A stretch of DNA of 17,093 nt from an uncultured Methanosarcinales archaeon (GTDB lineage: Archaea > Nanobdellota > Nanobdellia > Woesearchaeales > CAZKBD01), in contig CAZKBD010000012.1 of the NCBI GenBank assembly GCA_964550945.1, positions 11,602 through 28,694 of the forward strand, given 5' to 3'. Below the pieces are notes generated by a model, which had not been told where the DNA came from, did no database searches, and saw nothing but the letters and a program-made list of their open reading frames with translations. Both the position numbers and the translations under genes were made by a program. Within the stretch, counting starts at the first letter, position 1, and every line of letters starts with the position of its first letter. This document shows, in pieces, positions 12,275 to 17,093 of the stretch.

Positions 12275-14498
12275 TTGCAGCACCACTATACTTTAGCTCG
12301 CTTATACCAGAACAATATTTCAAAGGATCGCATAGTCCAGACAAAGTACAATCAAGGGGGAGACTCTTGACCAAATCAACAGCCAATCCTAGATGATAGC
12401 CAACTACAGCAAGATAATGTGCCTTTTTCGCTCCGAATTGGTCATCACTTATAATCCCTGCTTCATGTTGGGATGCTAATTTTGGCCAATATTTTGCCAT
12501 GAATAACCCAGCCTCCCTACAAGTTCTAAATAAATGGACTGCCATCGATTCAGGAGCATCTATATCAGGTATATTATTTGGAGATTGGTTTTGAATATCT
12601 CTATAAAACTTAGCTTTTTGAGCATTATCGAGATGAGCATCAAAAAAATCCAGAATTTCCCACACATCTTCTAAATGGTGCGCATCCTTAGCAGCATGAT
12701 CTATTGAATACATTGCTCTCCCAAGTTTTTCTCTCGACAGTGCATTATCATCAGAGAACATGTTGATAAGTGCATCTGGCGTAATGTTTATCCATCCGGT
12801 TCTTATTATGCTGTTCCTAAATGTACCGCTAAAATACCTCATTATGGTTTCGTCTGTTAATAAGCTACCCCACTGATAATTGTTAATAGCACTTCTAGCT
12901 CTGTCTACTTGTTCTTGTGGAATTTGAACATCCGAAAAGCGGCCAAAATTTTCAAAAAAAGCCGCCAACCTACCAATATACCCTTTTTTAACTTGTTCTA
13001 GGCTGTAAGTTTCCTGGCTTGTTAATGTGGGCATGTTTTTTCTCCAGAACATGTATTCCTTAATCCTCTGACTAACAATCGCATCCCTCATATCATATGC
13101 AAGAGGATTGTTTGATCCATTTAACTCCCTTAGTACATCTGCGCTATTTGGGCCTATCAAATCCTCCTCTAGTAGAAATGTAGATCCATCGCCAACTGGC
13201 AGAGGCCTTCTAAGGATTTCTGCAGTTCTAAAATAAGGATCTCCTGCAAGGGGTTTTCCACTTGCAAAAAATTGAGTCCAATCATCATACGCTTGGGTTG
13301 CTTCACTTAACTTAAACTGTTTAAGTAGGAACCTCCTAGCAGATTCCACTTCATAGGCTGTATTGGGGTTAACTATCTCTATTGCACCGTCTGCGCAGTC
13401 TAAATCATTGACTAGGATAGCTACATTCCTTGAATATTGTCCTGAACGAGCAAGTTCCCTAAATCTTCGCAATGCTCCAACAGCGGAGTGTCGCAAATCC
13501 TCAATCAACTCAGGGGCGCTATCCCATTCAAAGTAATAACCTAGCCCAATTAACAACGCATTTCTTGGGTCAGTTATCTCTCTTGTTCGATTATGCTGGT
13601 CTAAATCCCCCGTTATAGTATCTATGGTGTGATTAAAGAGAACTAAATTACTTGGTCTTTGATAATAAAAAACTCGTTGAGGCATTTTTTGAAACATATC
13701 AAGTATATAGTGAGGAGGAGAATTATCCAGAATAAATAATGTTCTTGTTGTATTGTTGCATCTTTGCTGATTAAGCATTAACTCTTCAACTGCTTTTTTC
13801 TCTCCATCCAGCGCTTTAAGGTAAATTATAGACAATCCTGGTGAAATATGGCCTATCAACCTATTAAATCCCTCTAAATCCCTTGAAGGCAATACCCTAT
13901 ACCCTTTTTCTCCAAGTTGTTTTAATAATTCAGTCAGTTTAGGCCTTCCTTGATCACCTCCCTCCAATAAAGCCACAGTATAATTTGATTTGTCCCTCTC
14001 TTGGCCTAAATAACTCTCTCCTCCTGAGGCATATACCATTTTACCTGCCATATGTGCATTCTCTATTGCTAGCCTAACCTGATTTTTGTAGTACCCCATA
14101 TCAGAATCAAGAAGCCTCCAAGATGGGACAACAACATCAAACACGCCTCTTTCAAAACATTCATCTGTTGTTTCTGAGTAAGCATGCAGAAGAGACACAG
14201 TTGGGATGCTCCTATTTACTTCTACAATCTTTCCTAATCTTTCATCGCTACAATCTGTAACAATTACGTTTAGATTGCCTTGACCTATTCTTTCTATTGC
14301 AGACTCTAGATTTCTTGTATACTCCAGTTTTGCTCCATGTTCTCTAGCTTGAGAAAGGTGGCTATGGTCTATCCCAGACCCTTCCAAAAGACAGGCTAAA
14401 ATAGTACAATCTATCAATTCATCGTTTGAAACATCACTCTGGCTTCTGCCCATATTAAATATCCCTTTTATACTACCCTCTATGAATTTATATGCCAC
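12261..14498 (-). CDS. Large uncharacterised protein with two degenerate receiver (CheY-like)-type N-terminal domains and a ~460-aa unrecognised C-terminal region
   Basis: The uninterrupted ORF is 745 codons. Domain 1 is ~res 25-135: ILACLLEGSG...NLNVIVTDCSDERLGKIV...IPTVSLLHAY...GVFDVVVPS. Domain 2 is ~res 170-290: VALLEGGDQG...GYRVLPSRDLEGF...GLSIIYLKALDGEKKAVEEL...TLFILDN...VFYYQRP. Both follow the beta-alpha receiver pattern, and the second lacks the acceptor Asp. The track start at 14498 is a GTG. The alternative ATG at 14453 (MGRSQSD) is preceded by AAAGGGA. Confidence 0.6.
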   Translation of the reverse strand: MAYKFIEGSIKGIFNMGRSQSDVSNDELIDCTILACLLEGSGIDHSHLSQAREHGAKLEYTRNLESAIERIGQGNLNVIVTDCSDERLGKIVEVNRSIPTVSLLHAYSETTDECFERGVFDVVVPSWRLLDSDMGYYKNQVRLAIENAHMAGKMVYASGGESYLGQERDKSNYTVALLEGGDQGRPKLTELLKQLGEKGYRVLPSRDLEGFNRLIGHISPGLSIIYLKALDGEKKAVEELMLNQQRCNNTTRTLFILDNSPPHYILDMFQKMPQRVFYYQRPSNLVLFNHTIDTITGDLDQHNRTREITDPRNALLIGLGYYFEWDSAPELIEDLRHSAVGALRRFRELARSGQYSRNVAILVNDLDCADGAIEIVNPNTAYEVESARRFLLKQFKLSEATQAYDDWTQFFASGKPLAGDPYFRTAEILRRPLPVGDGSTFLLEEDLIGPNSADVLRELNGSNNPLAYDMRDAIVSQRIKEYMFWRKNMPTLTSQETYSLEQVKKGYIGRLAAFFENFGRFSDVQIPQEQVDRARSAINNYQWGSLLTDETIMRYFSGTFRNSIIRTGWINITPDALINMFSDDNALSREKLGRAMYSIDHAAKDAHHLEDVWEILDFFDAHLDNAQKAKFYRDIQNQSPNNIPDIDAPESMAVHLFRTCREAGLFMAKYWPKLASQHEAGIISDDQFGAKKAHYLAVVGYHLGLAVDLVKSLPLDCTLSGLCDPLKYCSGISELKYSGAANGRR

Positions 14499-14674
14499 CA
14501 GCTACATTATTATTCAAAAACATACCTGAAGATATTGATTCATTTATAAACATTTTGTTTATAACCACCCAATAGTGATTACCTCATATTAATCATCACA
14601 TGATCCTCTAATCTGCTCCCAAGAAAAACCAAACTTTCAAATGCATGTAGTTAGCTTATACTTATAAACATTTT

Positions 14675-14683
14675 GTTAACTCC
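14675..14683. repeat. Left copy of the 9-bp target-site duplication GTTAACTCC
   Basis: An identical 9-mer directly abuts both ends of the IS (the second copy is at 15586..15594). Confidence 0.65.
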
Positions 14684-15585
14684 GGCTTAGTCCCGAATCT
14701 CCAAAAGCCAAGAAAAAAGATTATGGCAGGCTAGCCTGCCATAGATTTCTGTTCTAATGGTTACTGCTTTTTTAGAGCTTACGCTACTGCCCATAGTCTG
14801 CTTGATGGAATGATTACCTGATTCTGCCATTTCTCTACGATGATAAGTCCTTAGTCTGAAATGTTCTATTGCTTTTTGCCTTGCATCCCATCGGTGAAAT
14901 CTAGGCTTACCATAACCTCTGATTGGGATATGTGCTTTGATGCCCTGCTCTTGGCAATATTCATGAAGCCAAGCAGCATCATATGCTTTATCAGCTACCA
15001 CAACCTTAGGTTGACTTTGCATTATCAATTGTTTGGCATCCCGAATATCGTGAGAAGGCAATACTCTAATTTTTGCAGCCAATGCTTTCTTTTTCCTTGT
15101 GTCAAAAGCTATACTCGCTTTGACAGGAATTTTTGGGATTGCTCCACTAATGCGTCTAAGATAGTGGTAGCTCGGGTTTGTTCTTGAAAATCCTGTGCTG
15201 TCAATCGCTATGATATATGCTTGACTGCTAGTTGCTTTCAGCACTCTATTCCAAAATTCAGAATTAAGTTTTTGTGCCGTTCTTTGTAATGATGATTTGC
15301 TTGGGCACTTAATGCCTAACAAGTCCAAAAGCTTCTTTGCTCGTCGATATGACAACCTACAAAAGAACCTTATTAGCAAGGCAGCAAAATGTTCATAGAA
15401 TTCATATGTCTTAGGCCCAAAATGATGAAGCCATCTAGGACAACCCAAGCGTCTTAACAAACGCTTAACTTTTTTAACTAGTTTGTTTTCTTTTTCCATG
15501 GTGGAGCGTACCTCCACCCCCATCAACAGCCTAACGGCTGTTATGGGTTATAATTCTTATGAAACAAGAGATTCGGGACAGAACC
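14684..15585 (-). mobile_element. 902-bp insertion sequence, IS5 family (IS903-group-like)
   Basis: The 18-bp imperfect terminal inverted repeats are GGCTTAGTCCCGAATCTC (14684..14701) and the reverse complement of 15568..15585, GGTTCTGTCCCGAATCTC (15/18 identical). The ends begin GG(C), the element is flanked by a 9-bp direct repeat, and it carries a single DDE transposase ORF that ends inside the left IR. A 9-bp duplication, GGC ends, 18-bp IRs and ~0.9-1 kb size match the IS903 group as I remember it. Confidence 0.75.
14687..15523 (-). CDS. DDE transposase (IS4/IS5 superfamily)
   Basis: The catalytic candidates are IAIDSTGF (D), VVADKAYD (D) and a perfect Y-2-R-3-E-6-K signature, YHRREMAESGNHSIK. 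The track start at 15526 is a TTG. The first ATG is 15523, and another is at 15499 (MEKENK). Confidence 0.8.
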   Translation of the reverse strand: MGVEVRSTMEKENKLVKKVKRLLRRLGCPRWLHHFGPKTYEFYEHFAALLIRFFCRLSYRRAKKLLDLLGIKCPSKSSLQRTAQKLNSEFWNRVLKATSSQAYIIAIDSTGFSRTNPSYHYLRRISGAIPKIPVKASIAFDTRKKKALAAKIRVLPSHDIRDAKQLIMQSQPKVVVADKAYDAAWLHEYCQEQGIKAHIPIRGYGKPRFHRWDARQKAIEHFRLRTYHRREMAESGNHSIKQTMGSSVSSKKAVTIRTEIYGRLACHNLFSWLLEIRD

Positions 15586-15594
15586 GTTAACTCC
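15586..15594. repeat. Right copy of the 9-bp target-site duplication GTTAACTCC
   Basis: See 14675..14683. Confidence 0.65.
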
Positions 15595-15609
15595 TTGAAT
15601 CTCTTGCTG

Positions 15610-16110
15610 TTATTTGGTTTCCTTAACCTTTCTGACAAGCTCCAATAAAGCATCCTGGCTTCTCTCATTAATGATATAATCTATAACTAAATTTATCCTC
15701 AAATAGTCTAATTCTCTATGCGAAGATAATGGGTCCCCAAAATCAGCTATTAACGCCATTGCTACCCCTTGTAATCTCTCTCCCAAATCCCCCTTTCTAA
15801 CAGCAGAAATCAAATCTAGTCCAGCTCCTTCTCTGCCAAGATTATATGAAGTGACCAATACACCTATATCGTCAGCTAAGGCTTTTATTCTTTCCAAGCC
15901 TTCTTTATATGGAACAACAAGCCTATCAGCATTATCATAAAATGGCCTAGTTCTTTCAACTGTTTCTCCTCGCTGAGAATCATCAAAATAAACAACAATA
16001 GGTTCTGCTTCGACAGATTCAAGCCTATGCTCCCTTAATAATTCATCATTTTCAAACAGCCATTTTAGAACTTCAATATTATACCCATGATCAACAACTG
16101 CAACTTTCAT
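15610..16110 (-). CDS. 166-aa uncharacterised protein, possibly a degenerate receiver/flavodoxin-like fold
   Basis: It starts MKVAVVD. Later, VLVTSYNLGREGAGLDLISAVRK ... VAMALIADFGD ... IDYII resembles the beta3-alpha3-beta4-beta5 part of receiver domains, but with Ser where the acceptor Asp is expected. Its start overlaps the ArgB-like stop (ATGA at 16107..16110). The fold call is by eye only. Confidence 0.5.
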   Translation of the reverse strand: MKVAVVDHGYNIEVLKWLFENDELLREHRLESVEAEPIVVYFDDSQRGETVERTRPFYDNADRLVVPYKEGLERIKALADDIGVLVTSYNLGREGAGLDLISAVRKGDLGERLQGVAMALIADFGDPLSSHRELDYLRINLVIDYIINERSQDALLELVRKVKETK

Positions 16111-17036
16111 TGGTAATTCACTCTTTCTCTCTCGTACACTTTTTTTTCTCGAGGTGATACAACCATGGTTCCAGTGCCTGCTCCAAATACCTCCCCTATA
16201 AGGCCATACGGGTCTGTTCCTTTGACAATATGAGCTCTAGCAACTCCATTTTCAACCGCGTGAATGCATGTCCTTAATTTAGGCAGCATACCTTTAGTAA
16301 CAACCCCTTTTCGTTGCATCATACTCCTTGCTTCATCTGTGTCCATATAAGACACCAAATCAGAATGCCTTCTATCCGGATGCCTGTAAACTCCCATAAC
16401 ATCAGTTAATATCACTAATTTATCAGCTTTGATTTTTTCTGCGATTCCTCCAGCAACAGCATCAGCATTAATGTTGTAAATCACGCCTTCAGGATCCATC
16501 CCTAAGGAAGAAATAACTGGGATATATCCTTGATTGACTAAAGCCTCCAAAACATAAGTCTTTACATCTGCCACTTCACCAACAAGGCCTAGATCTATTT
16601 GTCTTCTCCCCACCATTCTTGGAGGAGCTTTTCTAGCTAAAATTAGGTCAGATTTATCGGTTCTTTGAAGGCCAACCGCTTCAAGCTCGTATCTATTTAG
16701 CGCTTCTACAACATTTGAGTTAAGTTCCCTCATAACAGGCCTTACTGCTTGCTCTAGAGTTTCTTGGTTAGTTATCCTTAAGCCTGAATCAAATTCTGGC
16801 TCGATTCCAATCTCTTTGGAATAATCGCTAATTTGAGAACCACCACCATGAACAACGACCATCCTAATGCCAAGTTTATACAAAATAGCCATTTCATGAG
16901 CTAATGAGTCTAGTGTTTGGCCTATTACTTCGCCCCCCATTTTGAAAACAAATGTCTTGCCTATACTTTTTCTAATATATGGAGCTACTAATTCAAGAAA
17001 TTGTATACATTCTAAGCTGGGTTGATTTGATTTCAT
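16107..17036 (-). CDS. argB: N-acetylglutamate kinase-like amino-acid kinase (ArgB family, long form with an N-terminal helix)
   Basis: It is collinear with long-form NAGKs: LELVAPYIRKSIGKTFVFKMGGE, VVVHGGGSQI, GLRITNQET, LGLVGEV, GYIPVISS, YNINADAVAG, KLVILTDVMGV, KGMLPKL and GTGTMV. The ORF stays open to the window edge, but ATG 17036 (MKSNQPS...) gives the normal N-terminus and is preceded by AAGGGG and a TATA-like CTTAAATAT (17067..17075, minus strand). Confidence 0.85.
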   Translation of the reverse strand: MKSNQPSLECIQFLELVAPYIRKSIGKTFVFKMGGEVIGQTLDSLAHEMAILYKLGIRMVVVHGGGSQISDYSKEIGIEPEFDSGLRITNQETLEQAVRPVMRELNSNVVEALNRYELEAVGLQRTDKSDLILARKAPPRMVGRRQIDLGLVGEVADVKTYVLEALVNQGYIPVISSLGMDPEGVIYNINADAVAGGIAEKIKADKLVILTDVMGVYRHPDRRHSDLVSYMDTDEARSMMQRKGVVTKGMLPKLRTCIHAVENGVARAHIVKGTDPYGLIGEVFGAGTGTMVVSPREKKVYERERVNYQ

Positions 17037-17093
17037 TAGATCGCCCCTTATCTGAATTATGAGGGCATATTTAAGTTTTTCTGTTTTTATCAC

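Noticed and set aside
12275-12286. GTG-initiated N-terminal extension of the PHP gene (track start 12286), and similarly GTG 14498 and the open frame at 17037..17093
   Set aside because: For PHP and ArgB, internal ATGs give family-typical N-termini and better upstream signals. For the 745-aa gene both starts remain possible, so I kept the longer coordinates but flagged ATG 14453.
14861-15187. Tracked 108-aa plus-strand ORF inside the IS transposase gene
   Set aside because: It is an antisense shadow. The IS is fully explained by the single DDE transposase.
1-17093. Scan for tRNA, rRNA, RNase P/SRP-like RNAs and riboswitch-like leaders in all intergenic regions
   Set aside because: No GC-rich cloverleaf arms, T-loop GTTCRANNC words or rRNA-like segments were seen. 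The intergenic regions are short and AT-rich apart from the hairpin clusters. An eye scan cannot exclude a small novel RNA.

Overview
This is an AT-rich archaeal chromosomal window. The archaeal origin follows from strictly archaeal or eukaryotic-type genes in conserved archaeal order: aIF5A; L21e-RpoF-(extra ORF)-DUF655; and S6e-aIF2gamma. A small-genome, DPANN-like lineage is only an inference from the compact genes and AT richness. Between these islands sit envelope or secreted proteins and regulators. They are a CPHC thioredoxin-fold protein with a Cys-rich tail, a lipobox-bearing Memo-AMMECR1 fusion, a bacterial-looking beta-barrel protein, an M50 site-2 protease with an untracked 46-aa zinc-ribbon ORF, a TrmB-family regulator and an AbrB-PhoU-like regulator. 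I found no tRNA, rRNA or CRISPR array.

Three things stand out.

(1) The right third (11.3-17.1 kb, minus strand) is an uncharacterised cluster. It encodes an ArgB-like amino-acid kinase, a translationally coupled 166-aa receiver-like protein, a 745-aa protein with two degenerate receiver-like N-terminal domains and a ~460-aa unrecognisable C-terminus, and an overlapping TrpH/YciV-type PHP phosphoesterase. A 902-bp IS5-family element with an intact 9-bp target duplication splits the cluster.

(2) The two intergenic regions flanking the rpl21e-rpoF operon hold a family of abutting or nested hairpins. Their bases are conserved (CATG[C]TCAGAAAT ... ATTTCTGA[G]CATG) and their cores are variable but always self-complementary.

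(3) The aIF5A homolog has Thr where the hypusine-accepting Lys should be.

Several ORF-track 'M' starts are really GTG or TTG codons (7261, 12286, 14498, 15526), so I give alternative ATG starts where they are better supported. All domain calls come from reading motifs by eye. No searches were run.
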